DNA of 64,000 bases, taken from contig OZ024743.1 in assembly GCA_964016885.1 (NCBI GenBank), positions 146,444,001 through 146,508,000 on the forward strand, in the 5' to 3' direction. A program made the position numbers and the translations under genes. Positions 27,546 to 40,869 of this stretch are shown in pieces (position 1 is the first letter of the stretch; each line of letters opens with the position of its first letter). This stretch comes from Eledone cirrhosa. Lineage: Eukaryota. The notes under the pieces were generated by a model. It searched no databases. It was not told the DNA's origin and saw only the letters and a program-made list of their open reading frames with translations.

Positions 27546-27783
27546 GTTGAGATGTTATAATGAATAGCCAATGCCATAGCAGAGGGTTAATATTTTTTGT
27601 ATTAAGGCCAAGTTTGAGTCTTATTACTCTGGAGTTTCTCCCGTGTATTCAGACAAGACCAGTTTTGTCTGACAACCATGTGAGTACACAGAAACTCCAG
27701 AGTAACAAAACACAAACTTGGTCTTAATACAAAAAATATCAACCTTCTACTATGGCATTGAGTATTAATTATAAAATCTCAAC
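27546..27783. repeat. Imperfect inverted repeat containing degenerate hammerheads
   Basis: ~100-bp arms. Plus strand 27662-27711: gttttgt-CTGACAA-..tgtg agta caca-GAAA-ctccagag-TA-acaaaac. Confidence 0.8.
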
Positions 27784-28027
27784 CACCAATAAATATATAT
27801 ATGTATCTGTGTGTATGTGTATCAGCAAAGTGTGAGGCAAAAATTCCTGTTGAGAACACTCAGCATAAAATGCATTCATACAAATAGAATCTTACTGTCT
27901 GAATTTGATGAGTGGGGAAAATTACAATCAACCAAGACTATCCTTGAAAGTTCCCGACCAAAACTGCCTTTAAGGGTCCAACCATCAGGACAAGTAAGGG
28001 AGATAACTGCTAACTTTTTCAGATAAT

Positions 28028-28211
28028 TGTTTCTACTTTAGGCACAAGGCCAGCAATTACCCAGTACATTACTGGTACTTTATTTTATCGACCCCGTAAG
28101 GATGAAAGGCAAAGTTAACCTCGGCGGGATTTGAACTCAGACTGTAAAGGGACGTAACTATGCTAGAAAGCATGGCGTCCAACCCTCTACCGATACTGCC
28201 AATTCACCGCC
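28028..28211 (-). mobile_element. tRNA-derived SINE family B (Meta-domain-like) with 14-bp TSD
   Basis: Head ggcggtgaattggcagtatcgg, B-box gagttcaaatcc, central gaggttaactttgcctttcatcc..ggggtcgataaaat; TSD ctttttcagataat at 28014-28027 and 28212-28225. Confidence 0.85.
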
Positions 28212-29115
28212 CTTTTTCAGATAATGCAGTGAAAGTAGATCTTGTCTGTAAGTCAATTTGGTGAAAGCAATGGACATGCGTTGATCCTATTAGATCTCCT
28301 CAGCAAAGTATATTCACACAACCAGTAGGCATGATAGGAATGGTCTAATAGTATTTTGTATACGGTTTATGTATGTATTATGTATGTATGTATGTAAAAA
28401 CACACATAGTGGTGCATAAAGATTGTATTTCACAAAATGGCCCCACCAATCCTGTGGCAAACACAACTCTCTTCCGTTACCTGGTCTACAAAGTCATCTA
28501 CGAAAACATGGACTTGGATGGGATGACAATAAGAGATGACAGTCATCTGAGAAGATGCTATCCTCATGTATGTATGTAAAGAATGGGTGTGGATCAGGTC
28601 TTATTTACTTTGTTGATAATTCAATATGATATTCATTTAATCAGATTGCTACTTTTAAAAATAAAAATTTTTAAGTAGATAGTAGCATGCAATTCAAAAC
28701 GTAGTGTAATAATAAATTTACCATATACTTTGGATGCTTAATGCACAACTTAATCAAAATAACTACCAACATGAGCACTGATAATATACAAATTGTTCTG
28801 TCCATTTCTAGGGATAATATTATAAGAGCTAGAATATATAGGACCCTTAGTTACTTTTTGGTTGTTAAGATGATATAAGTATCTTCTGTTGAAAACCCCA
28901 AATTGATGGAAAATTGTTTACTGATATTTATAATTTTTTTTTAAATTCACAGGGAAAAGTACAAAATTCAACATATTTACATGTCTGTAAATTCATACAT
29001 ACATTTACAGGGTTTTGGTTACCTCTGTACTGCAAATGTACAGATATAAATTTATCATATGCTTCAGTTGCTTAGTACACAATTTAATATCTATTACTCC
29101 AATCTCACCATTGTG

Positions 29116-29182
<67 letters not shown>

Positions 29183-29288
29183 TGTAGGGTGTTAGTGAAG
29201 GGTCTTTTTGGATAGAGATCTAGTAAAATATATGCATCACACTACTCTTGGAAGCCTTCACGAGGTGGCTTGATCTGCTAGTAGTAGC

Positions 29289-29542
29289 TGTGGGTATGGT
29301 GTGGTGTGCAGAGGCCGGAGGCTGGGGAGTGCTCGACCGGAAGAGTGCTTGACCGGAAGGGTGCTCGACCGGAAGGGCCAGCAGGTCTGCCTCTCTCTAG
29401 GGTGGTCAGTGAACGTGGTGGACGTCAGTTTTGGAGCTCCCGGTTAACGAGTTGGATTGTACGCAAGTGGGAGAGGAGAAACCAGCAATTGGATTAGCGG
29501 TGCCAGTGAAAGCGGTAAGTGAAGTAGCTTTCTCTAACCACA
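29289..29542 (+). repeat. 5' LTR (254 bp)
   Basis: Direct repeat of 33166-33387 with two extra copies of a 16-bp unit. Confidence 0.95.
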
Positions 29543-29678
29543 AGCTATTTCGGCACTGGAAACTGAGATCTGATTGATAAAAAAAAAAAAAAAAAGAACT
29601 TTCTCGAAAACAAAGCTACTGGAAAAACAGAGAGGAGTCTGTTGTTTTTTATTACTTACCGCAGGACAAAATTATGAT

Positions 29679-30442
29679 ATGGCGACGAGATTACGAATGA
29701 GCGGAGAAGCGATTAGAGCATTTACCAGTGAAGGCGATGTTGTCGCTTGGATGCGAAAAGTCCGGCTGGTCGCAAGCTTACAGAAGATAGAAGATGTGGC
29801 TGGCCTCATGGCACTGTACCTCGAGGGGGACGCGTTGGCACTCTTCCTAGAGATGGATGAACACAGCCAAAGGGATGTGCAAAAGATTGAGAGGCGTATG
29901 ATGGAAGCGTTCGCGGAAGGACCGTTAGCCGCTTTTTCTAAGCTGGCAAGGATTAGATGGAACGGTGAACGCGTTGACATTTTCGCAGCGGAAATACGGC
30001 GATTGGCCATGTTGGCTGGATATCAGGTGCAATGCGAACGCACGGTACGGTTGGCGTTCATAAATAGATTTCCAGACGACATAGCGGTGAAACTACAGCA
30101 AGTCCCGGGTTACAAGGAAATGGAGATGCGTGCACTGGTGGAGCAAGCCAGCATCATAGCAGAAGATGCCAAGAAGAGTGTCGCGGCGATAGCAATGACA
30201 GAGGCCCAAGGCAGCCGGCAGCAAAATGGTGAAGGGAGGCAACCACGGCACGCGGTCGCCCGCGAACGTTTAGAGGTCGCTGTTTTAGGTGCCAGGGCCC
30301 GCACATGGCGAGTCACTGTAGAGAGTCAAGGCCGGACAAAATATGCTACCGGTGTAAGCGACCAGGACACATCGCTACTAGCTGCGACCAGGGAAACGAT
30401 CCAAGGGGAACTACTGCGCCGGTAATTGCCCCTTACGAGTAG
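29679..30442 (+). pseudogene. gag: gag (frameshifted) with two CCHC zinc knuckles
   Basis: WMRKVRLVASLQKIEDVAGLMALYLEGDALALFLEM; knuckles CFRCQGPHMASHC and CYRCKRPGHIATSC lie in a shifted frame. Confidence 0.85.
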
Positions 30443-33153
30443 AGGCGCTTCCCGTGGTGAAAGTTTTCGTGAGGGGAAAGCCACAGCGAGCCCTCGTGGA
30501 CACGACACTGGTTACTGCGGGGGTGGCGCAGAGGTGGAGAGGGAAGAGCAGCGTAAGGGCAGTCGACGGTAGGAAAATTCAATTCCGAGGTCGCAGCGAG
30601 GTGGAGATGGCGGTACGGGGAAAGAAAATAAGGCCAACGTAGTCGACAACGTGGTGGATGGGATCGGCGTAGTTATGGGCATGGACGCAATTGGCCGTCT
30701 AGGAGGCGTTACATTTAACAACGTCGGTGTGTTTGGCGGCGCCGCATCGGTATTCGCTGTGAGTACGCGACAGGAGAACCAGAAGGCCTGCGAGGAGAAA
30801 TATCCCGCTTACACTGTACAGGACAAAAACTTCAAGGCCGTGTTCGATGGGCAACGATGGGTTGTTGAGTGGTACTGGAAGGGAGAACCACCAACACTGA
30901 AGACCAAAGTGGGCTGCTATCAACACACATCGAGCGAGAGGTAGAGAGATGGATTGAGGAGGGCATACTGCTTCCCTGGAAAGAGGAGGTGAAGTGCGGA
31001 GTATTGCCGTTAATGGCGGTGGCGCAACCCACGAAGAACAAAGTGAGGCCGGTACTGGACTTTTGGGAGCTGAACGAGCACGTGTCATGCCACACGGGTG
31101 GCGAGGTCACAGGTGTCTGTGGGGAAACTCTGCGTGAGTGGAGACGCATGACGGGGGCTTCCGCAATCGTCGATCTAAAGTCGGCATACTTACAATTACA
31201 CATAGATGAGAAGCTCTGGCAGTATCAGCTGGTCAGGTATAAGGGCCGAACATATTGCCTGACCAGGCTCGGTTTCGGGCATAGCTCTGCACCGAATATC
31301 ATGGCGGCGGTCCTCAAGACCATTCTGGGAAAGGCCGACAAGATGAAGAGGGCCACTAATTCCTACATTGACGACATCCTAGTGGACAAGTCTGTAGTGT
31401 CGGCGGCCGAGGTCACGAGCCATTTACAGGGGTATGGACTGGCTGCGAAGCCGTCAGAAGCGTTGAAGGGAGGAGCTGCGCTGGGACTTAGGATACGGCG
31501 AGACAGGACGGGCGTGTTAGTATTCCAGAGGGGAAATAAAGTTCCAGAACTGGACCCAAGTATGAGTAGGCGGGAGCTTTTCTCGGCGTGTGGAAAGTTG
31601 GTGGGTCACTACCCGATTGCTGGGTGGCTCCGGACGGCATGCAGCTATGTCAAGAGACAAGCGGGCGCGGTGACTTGGAGTGACAGAGTGGGAGAGAGGA
31701 CGGTGGCCATGATGCAGGAGATCGTGGAGAGGGTGAAGGCAGACGACCCAGTGCGGGGACGCTGGTATGTTCCCAAATCGCAGAGCGGGACCGTATGGTG
31801 CGATGCCAGCAGCATAGCGCTGGGTGTCACGTTGGAGATAGGAGGTGTTGAGGTCGAGGATGCAGCCTGGCTTAGGAAGAAGGACGACTGCAACCACATC
31901 AATGTGGCCGAATTGGACGCGGTGTTGAGAGGGGTGAACCTCGCTCTGGAGTGGGTAATGCGCACCATGGAGATTTACACCGACTCGGATACTGTACTCG
32001 GATTGGTGAGATCAGTGTTCACCAGTGAGAAGAGAGTGCGAACGAGAGGGGCGGCTGAGATGCTGATAAAGCGCCGCCTGGGAACTTTAGGAGAACTGGC
32101 CACCGAGTTCGACCTGAGGCTGAGCGTAGTTTTCGTGCCCTCAGAGAAAAATAGGGCGGACGTTTTAACCAGGGTGAAGAAAGCCTGGATGGAACCGCCG
32201 GAGGATGTAGAAGATGAGATAGCTGCCGTGTGTCGGCTGACCGAGTCGGATCTGAAAGGATTGCATGACATGCACCACATGCGAGTGGATAGGACTCTGT
32301 TCCTAGCCAGGAGAATCGACTGCGTCCGGTGTCAGTCCATTGATCCCGCCCCGGGTGTGCACGAAACGGGAAGCCTCCCGGTGGATCGCGACTGGAAGCG
32401 ATTGGCGGTGGATGTAACACACTACCGACAAGGAACATACCTCTCAATGGTCGACTGTGGACCGGGACGGATGGCGATATGGAGGGAGATGAAGACTGGA
32501 ACGGCCGAGGAAATCACGCGGACGTTGAGAGAGGTGTTCTTGGAGCGGGGCCCTGTGGACGAACTGCTGATGGCTCAGCGTTCCGCTCGGAGGCGCTGAG
32601 GGAGATGCTCGATTAATGGAAGGTGGACCGTTTCTTCAGAGCAGCGTACAGGCCGAGCGGAAATGGAATCGTGGAACGACACCACCGGACGATCAAAGCA
32701 ATGGCGGAACGGGGCCACATCTCACCAATGGAGGCAATGTTCTGGTACAACATGTCTCCTTGGGTGGGACAGGTTGAGGAATCGGTGCCACACAGAGCAG
32801 TATTCAGATACGAATGGCGGCACCCGTGCACGCCACCACAACGGCCAGTGGGGAGAGAGAATGCATTCGTGCAGATGGGCGAAGAAGTCTGGGTTAAGCC
32901 CCCAGATGCACGTTGCACATCTCAACGGGGAAGGGGAACGGTGACGGCCGTAAATTCACAGAACAATGTGTCCGTGGACGGAGTACCACGTCATGTCCTG
33001 GTTGTCCGTAGAATTACTGTGTCAACGGACTCCGAGGAAGAGGAAACCCAAAGTGCCGCCCCAACACTGCAGAGATCGCAAAGAAGTCGCAAACCACCAA
33101 CCTGGACAGCAGACTTTCATATGCAGCAGGACGAGGGGGTAATTGATCCTTGA
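30391..33153 (+). pseudogene. pol: pol (protease, RT, RNase H, integrase), frameshifted and internally deleted
   Basis: ALVDT (G missing), VRPVLDF, DLKSAYLQ, YIDD, WCDAS, HINVAELDAV, RLAVDVTH, PSGNGIVERHHRTIK. Confidence 0.9.
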
Positions 33154-33165
33154 GATCAGGGGGCG

Positions 33166-33387
33166 TGTGGGTATGGTGTGGTGTGCGGTGGCCGGAGGCT
33201 GTGGAGTGCTCGACCGGAAGGGCCAGCAGGTCTGCCTCTCTCTAGGGTGGTCAGCGAAGGTGGTGGACGTCAGTTTTGGAGCTCCCGGTTAACGAGTTGG
33301 ATTGTACGCACGTGGGAGAGGAGAAACCAGCCATTGGATTAGCTGTGCCAGCGAAAGCGGTAAGTGAAGTAGCTTTTTCTAACTACA
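33166..33387 (+). repeat. 3' LTR (222 bp)
   Basis: Direct repeat of the 5' LTR; 11 substitutions counted by eye. Confidence 0.95.
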
Positions 33388-34090
33388 GTAGCAACCAAAT
33401 CTCCTTCAAACCACTATTCACCAGCTTTCAAACTGAGAAATGATACATTAAATAATGTAGTCCTAGAAACTTCTTTAAAGACGACATGGTCATGATTGGA
33501 ATAATTTTAACCATAAATTTGCTCAATCAAAGTTGTCCCACAACTAAACAACACGTCTATAGATGAAACTTGAATTTAACAGAGGTAAATGAAAAATAAA
33601 TAAAAGAAAACAAAAGAAAGACTAGAAAACACACACACACACACAACCCCCCCCCCCCCCCCCCCCCAGGATATTTTAGATCCAAACCTATAGTCTTTAG
33701 CTCAACTTCGATCTCATTTTTATATTGGTGACATTATTGAAAGTTGTAGAAACCGTCTTTTACTTTTATCTCTTTTTATTACACAGTTTCAAAAACATTC
33801 TAAAGGTCACAACTTACACCATATTATAATTTTATTTCTTCTCCTCAGAATGTGGATCTCTAGTTAGCTCTGAGTTGTTTACATTCTTAGTGAAATAACC
33901 TAATATTGTTTAGCTGCAAAAGAATATTTTTGGTAACAACTGGCAAAAAAATATTCTATCTAGTTAAATGAACTGAAATACCTCGTAAAATTATCCAGCG
34001 CATAAACATACTACTGTTACACATACATACGGACACGCACACACACATACACCCATGTACACACTCATGCATACGTACGAGGAGATCACG

Positions 34091-34121
<31 letters not shown>

Positions 34122-34331
34122 ATACATTGACACACATATTTATACACACACATACATAGACACACATGCAGAAACAAACCAACGAAGTAATAGCAGTCAA
34201 CTCTCTTTTGAATCACACCATAATGTCTTAAAAATAGCAGAACATACTGGATAATGTAGTCTTAGATTGACTCTGTGTGTAAAATACAGCAGGTTTGCAG
34301 CTAGATTGCTTTTAATCATAGATCTGCTTAA

Positions 34332-34374
<43 letters not shown>

Positions 34375-34529
34375 CTTATCCTCTTAGCTTCGTACGGACA
34401 TATAAGAACACACACACGTATAGCTCTATATACAAAATGATTTTTTTTCCATTTCAGATAGATGAGCTCCATCATCCACTTTTCTAAAAAAATATATCAT
34501 ACACAAAACGCTAGCATCAACAGTTTTCA

Positions 34530-34920
34530 GCTAGGTATGTGACTATAGTCGCTACCTTAAATTCATAGCGAAAAGCCTTCAAAATGTTTTAGAATAAAAA
34601 TACAGTATATTATTAAATATACAAGACATAAATTCATAAATACATTGCTATTTCAGAGCTCCAACACACATTTCTAATTGTTCCTTGGTCAGCAATCGCT
34701 CTGTATGTTAATGAGTTTAAACAGCTCACAAACATAATTGGAATTCTATAAGAATCCAGCTTCTATAGCTCACAGCAAAAACAGAGGTGATATATAACCT
34801 TGATAACCGTTAAACAGTGAGAAACGATCGTTGGTTATTACCCTTTGTTTTTTGCAGAAGCTAGGTATGTGACTATAGTCGCAACCTTAAATTCACAGTG
34901 AAAGGCCTTCAAAATGTTTT
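34530..34920 (+). repeat. ~60-bp direct repeat (34530 and 34860) enclosing a degenerate hammerhead (34794-34838)
   Basis: gctaggtatgtgactatagtcgc..ccttcaaaatgtttt occurs twice; ataacc-TTGATAA..GAAA-cgatcg-TT-ggttat lies between. Confidence 0.7.
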
Positions 34921-34977
34921 TAAATATACATACAGTATCATCATCATCAGTATATAATTAAATATACAATACGTACA

Positions 34978-35060
<83 letters not shown>

Positions 35061-35364
35061 TAGGAAAAGATTGTTTTGGTAAAAACAAGAGTAAGCAGGA
35101 AAAAGCTCTCAACAATCGGTGTTTTTAGTTACGATGGAGAATTTTATAACAAAATAAGATGCTGAGGATACATATATCGTTTAATCATTATAATTATCTC
35201 CCCGGTTCTCCATGCAATCGAGATGTCCTTCATGCATTTGCTGTTGATTATGAGAACGGTATCCTCAGATGAAATCGATATGTTTGATATGTCGCTGGCA
35301 GGAAAAAACACACGTCCTAATGCCTGTGTGCCCAGCATACATACATATATATATATATATATAT

Positions 35365-35677
<313 letters not shown>

Positions 35678-35972
35678 TGCAATTTTTATATATGCAATAT
35701 TTAGGATATATTATAATTTGAAAAACTAAATGTAACAATTTCTTTGACAATATTCTCTTTCTGAAGCATTCTACTAATCTTTACACATCCCATTGAGAAA
35801 AACGCCAGACATCAAATTATATTTTGTAACTTTGACTATTTATAAATGTATACCCAAATACATATATACAATGAAAGGGTGTTAGACATGGCTGTGTGTT
35901 TTAGAAGATCGATTGAGTTGATAACACTGTTCCTTTACATGGTCTTTCATTAATTACATATCTAAAACTGTT

Positions 35973-36095
35973 TGTTGAATGACTTAAAAATCTGAACTAC
36001 GCTATAAGAATCATGAAAATTTTCAACATATATCTATCAGATATATGTTGAAAATTTTCAGGATAGCGTAGTTCAGATTTTTAAGTCATTCAACA
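35973..36095. repeat. Inverted repeat (~60-bp arms)
   Basis: tgttgaatgacttaaaaatctgaactacgctat...atagcgtagttcagatttttaagtcattcaaca. Confidence 0.85.
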
Positions 36096-36318
36096 GACAT
36101 TAATAAGTCATTCAACAAACATTAATACCATCAATTAATATGAGTTTTCATGAAGTCTTCACCCTGGTCTCAGCACAGCCGACCATATATCTTATGAAGT
36201 ATACATTAATAAGTACTTCCTATCTTTTACACACTGCACACTAGACAACTGTCTTACATAGATTAATTAGTATCAATTAATTGAATTGGCTACGAAAATT
36301 CAAAATTATGTTAATGTG

Positions 36319-36635
36319 TACTCTTGGGTCCCAAATAAGAGGGGGTGTGTGTAGAATAAGCTAGGGGTTTGAAAATTGGTAATTTTTCTAGGTTGTCTCC
36401 ATTGATTTAAAAAAACACCAGAAGTAGTTGTTTAGTTTACATATTGAGACCCCCAACACATCCTATTTATTTTATAAGTTATGCAATTTCTTTTTGTCAT
36501 GTATGTTTTTTAATGTATAAAAAAAATTAAAATAAAATTTTGCTGGAGAAAGATTAGCAAAATTTAATAAGTGGGACTTGGAAAAAATCCGAAAACTAAA
36601 TAAATGGGGTGACAATTATTCGAGACCTGAGAGTA
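36319..36635. mobile_element. Possible old MITE
   Basis: Imperfect 20-bp TIR tactcttgggtcccaaataa / ttattcgagacctgagagta (16/20). Confidence 0.4.
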
Positions 36636-36740
36636 GTCGATATATAATTGATTAATATGTATCTTCATTAACCATGACCATATTTAGACCTTGGGAGGGG
36701 GTGGGTGGGGTGCAGTTCAGGTTTGGTGCACCTCACTTAT

Positions 36741-36831
<91 letters not shown>

Positions 36832-37929
36832 AATAAAGAGGGAGAGAGAGAGAGAGAGAGAGAGAGACTTAAAAGGTAGCATGAGCTTTGTTTGAAGTGG
36901 TGGCCATGTTCAGTAAGGAGATGGGAAGTTTCATGAGGGGTGCCCAGGGCATTCGCCCCCACTGCTCCCCAATAAATCTGGCCCTGCCATTAACTGTGCA
37001 TTAAAAGATTACCAAGCATTTGATGTTAAAATTCATCAGGAGTGTATACCGAATCACTTGAATCATTTTAGGGTCTCCTTACACCATCAAATATAGTCTA
37101 ATTTTCAGCAGTCATAAAATTGATTTTCGCCAAAGGGACAACAGGTATTGCATAAAAATTCGATGAACATTCAAAAACTTACAGTGGTAAGACCATATTT
37201 AGCAGGTGTCAGCATATTGATCACCAATCACAAAATACAGCATTTGGTAAATTGTTTTATTGGGTCATTGACAATGTTTCTCATTGACTCAACAATCTAG
37301 AATGTTTTTAAATAGCTTAAGATTACTTTTTATCCATATCTCCACCATCCATTGGTGGGGGGTAGTGGTGGTCAACTTTGTTTTTCATCCTTTTGGTAGT
37401 CGATAGAATAAAATTGCCAGTCAATTACTGGAGTCGATTTAATTGACTTTCTTCTCCAACTAAAATTTCTAGCTTTGTGCTTAAAATATGAAACAAGTAT
37501 TATCAGTATGACTATTATCATGTTCACTATTATCGGTGGATTGGCAGTATCAGTAGAGCATTGGACACCATGCTTTGCAGCATAGAGTTATGGTCCTCTA
37601 CGGTTTGAGTTCAAATACTGTCAAGGTTAGCTTTGTCTTTCATCCTTTTGGGGTCAATAAAATAAAGCACCACTAATGCACTGGGGTAGATTTAATCGTC
37701 TTTCCCCTCTCTCCAAATTGCTGGCCTTGTGCCTATTATAGAAATGATTACAACAATGACCTTTTCGAAAATATATATTATAATTTATTTCTTAGGTTTA
37801 CTCAATTTTGACCAATCCTTTCACCTGCCATTCGCTCCATCGTCAGGTCCAGGCTTCGTCAGCTCAAAAACTCTGACAAGCAGACTGAACCTGATTAATG
37901 CTCACCCAGCACATTCCTGTTAAGAGAAG

Positions 37930-38940
37930 ATAAACAATGTTTGGTGTGATGACACTGGATGGCAACAAGCCACCATACCCATCAGATATGATGGCCTTGG
38001 TCTCCAGTCTCAAGTCTCATTGGCCCTGCCAACATTTCTTTCATCAGTGAACTTTTGCTGTGTCCTCACAAATAGGGTTCTCCACAACGCAACTGAACCT
38101 TCTGTCATCAGGGAACGTAAGATGACTTACATGACGTGGAACCAGCTTGACCTCTGCCATGCTGATGTCCATCCCCTTCACCCCTTTCTAGATGTCTAGT
38201 TTCCCAAAACAAATGGGATGGTATCTAGTTCAACAGGAACTTGGATAGGTTCATGTGTTGGTTTGATCATCACTGTCTGGCATGTTTTGGTCAACCTACT
38301 GACCCCACAGTGGTGCCTTGCTCAATGCAATACCATTACTCTCGACTGGTACTCAGCTGGCACTTTTCCTGAGGCTTGATCTCCAGGTCTGCAGGCTTCA
38401 CAGATGCTGCTGTAGATCCACTGGATTTTTTGGTATCCACCCACTGTCATACCGTTATAGTGCTGGTTGCCTCCCTCAACATGCTGCTCTCCATGAGATT
38501 ATAAAGCATGGCCTGGACACCACAGGATCCCTTGACAGCCCAAGCTAGCAGGGCTGGACTGAGGGGATGGCAAAAGGCCAGATGGCATGATAAACTTCCC
38601 ATTCTGCACTGGTAGGCACCCACATCTGGGATGCCACATCTTGCAATACTATCTCCATTGGTAACCTGGCTTTGCTGCTCTCTAAGCCAAATAGGTCAAA
38701 CTTTGAAAGTATTGACCACTCTTTGATAGGTTTGTGGTCGAGCCTTTGGCTGTGGAGATACTTCTGGCATTCTTGGCTCTTGGACTACATCTCTACTCAC
38801 TGCTATTGGGGCAGAGTTGGCTATCCACAAGTGTGAACCCCACAAGGTGGAGTGGCTGCTACAGTGTGTCTTCCTCACCATCCCTCCCAGGCAATGTCTT
38901 CTCCATTCTGTCTGCTGAGAAGAAGAAGCAGACTAACCTT
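37930..38940 (+). pseudogene. Degenerate CRE-like RLE non-LTR retrotransposon 3' fragment
   Basis: WQQATIPIRYDGLGLQ..SLALPTFLSS, LNAIP, G.HPLS.R.SAG.LP.HAALHEII, DGKRPDG..P...WDAT. Confidence 0.65.
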
Positions 38941-39708
38941 TAAACAGTGAAGAGTAAATATAGATGTCTCTATCACTCTCTCACACAGTAAACATAATAA
39001 TGATGTTTTTGGTAACAACAACAGTACCTTTACCTCAGTTTAATTCTTTCCTGTCCCACCTTATTATTTTAAACTCTTCCTGTGTTTCTAGATTTTTCCT
39101 TAACCACTCACTAACATTTACATAGTTTACATAACTTTTCCATCCCATGATTGTGTTTATTTTCCTACTTCTACTCAAAACCACTTTGACCTTTAACCTT
39201 TACTATTACCTCTTCTTTCTCTCCATTTTTCTTTCTTCTGTCTACAATTTCTTTTCCTTTTTCTTTTTCTTCCTTATATGCCTAATCCATCTATTTTTCT
39301 ACTATTTCATTGTTTTGCTTCTTTCTTTCCTTCCTATCCACCTGTCTATATAAACTTTTTAATAAAATCTGCTGGAATTTGAATATTACTAAAGGCAAGC
39401 TTCCTTATTAGGAATATACACTTCTTTTCCACTTTTCATTTTCCTCCAAACTTTCCCACAGATAAATACTATTATTCTATATTCCTTTTAATTGTTCCTA
39501 TTTTAAAATTTATTTCACAAGATCATAAGATTGAAAAAACAGTTTGTAATAAAAATAAGCAATATATATATTAATCAATCAATCAATATTTATTAGTTCA
39601 AATGAAATAATAGAACACAGAGAAATATGTGCACATACACAAAACCATATTAAAACAATGTCATAATGTCACGAGGGAGATAAAATAAAAGCTACCCAAG
39701 CATTTCTA

Positions 39709-39975
39709 TCATTGGTTTTTTTGCTGAATTGTGGTGTCTTTTGTAGTAAGTTCTTTTGTGACCATTCTTTGGAATGTGGTCTTCAGTCTTTGTCTCTTGC
39801 AGCGAGCTCCTGGTAGTTGATGTAACAGAAGACACTCAGAATGGAAGTTACTAATTGAATGCTGGTTTTCATGACCAATCCATGTCAATTGCTGGTTTTG
39901 AACCTGAGCATAGAGGTATGACTGCTCTGTGCATGTGAAAAACATTTCTGCATTTGTTATGTGATCTTGGTATGT
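39709..39975 (-). pseudogene. LINE (RTE-like) C-terminal fragment
   Basis: YQDHITNAEMF...QQLTWIGH...RQRLKTTFQR. Confidence 0.5.
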
Positions 39976-39985
39976 TAATATATAT

Positions 39986-40353
39986 ATATAAGTTAAAACA
40001 ATGAAATAAAAAATGAAGTCATTAGAAATATACTTCACTGCTTTACGATCGTTTCTAGGTGATGATAATACATCGTAACTATACTTCGATATCGATCTAT
40101 GTAAGGTTAGTTACAAAATATCAGATAAAGAGAATATTTACTTACATGCATATCACCAGCTGTTGTCAAAAGCCAACAGCTGGTGATATGCATGTAAGTA
40201 AATATTCTCTTTATCTGATATTTTGTAACTAACCTTACATAGATCGATATCGAAGTATAGTTACGATGTATTATCATCACCTAGAAACGATCGTAAAGCA
40301 GTGAAGTATATTTCTAATGACTTCATTTTTTATTTCATTGTTTTAACTTATAT
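39986..40353. repeat. Perfect inverted repeat, 180-bp arms, 8-nt spacer
   Basis: 39986-40165 is the reverse complement of 40174-40353 with no mismatch seen; spacer tcaaaagc. Confidence 0.95.
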
Positions 40354-40504
40354 CATGACTCTGTTTTCCTTTTAATGTTTTATTGTTTTCCCGGGTTTAT
40401 TTTAACCTATAACATTTTCAACATACGGATTACATTGAGTTCTTTATGCAGACTAGACCCCACAACTTACCGTGGATATCTCTGTGTGTATATATATATA
40501 TATA

Positions 40505-40842
40505 TCATCATCATCATCATTTTACGTCCACTTCTCCCTGCTTGCAAGGGTGGGACGGGAACTGATTCTGGCTTGATTTCTACAGCTGGATGCCCTTCCT
40601 AACACCAACCTCATTTACAGTGAGTGCTGGGTGCTTTTTTGCCGTGGCACCTCCACGACCACTTTGAAGTGGAATGATATGAACCCCAGTCCCTATAATC
40701 TCATTTCTAGAGCTGAGTAAACTGGAGCAATGTGAAATAAAGTGTCTTGCTCAAGGAAACAACACATCACCCGGTCTGAGAATTGAACTCACAACCTTTC
40801 GATTGCAAGGCCAATGCTCTAACCACTAAGCCATGTGCCTCC
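40505..40842 (-). mobile_element. SINE family A copy
   Basis: Reverse complement of the 12578 copy. Confidence 0.85.
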
Positions 40843-40869
40843 ACTATATATATATATATTGTTAGTTTC

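Larger units (their letters stand above)
29289..33387 (+). mobile_element. Full-length Ty3/Gypsy LTR retrotransposon (defective)
   Basis: LTRs 29289-29542 and 33166-33387 (TG..CA); GTAGC TSD at 29284-29288 and 33388-33392; purine-rich PPT before the 3' LTR; gag-PR-RT-RH-IN order. Confidence 0.95.
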
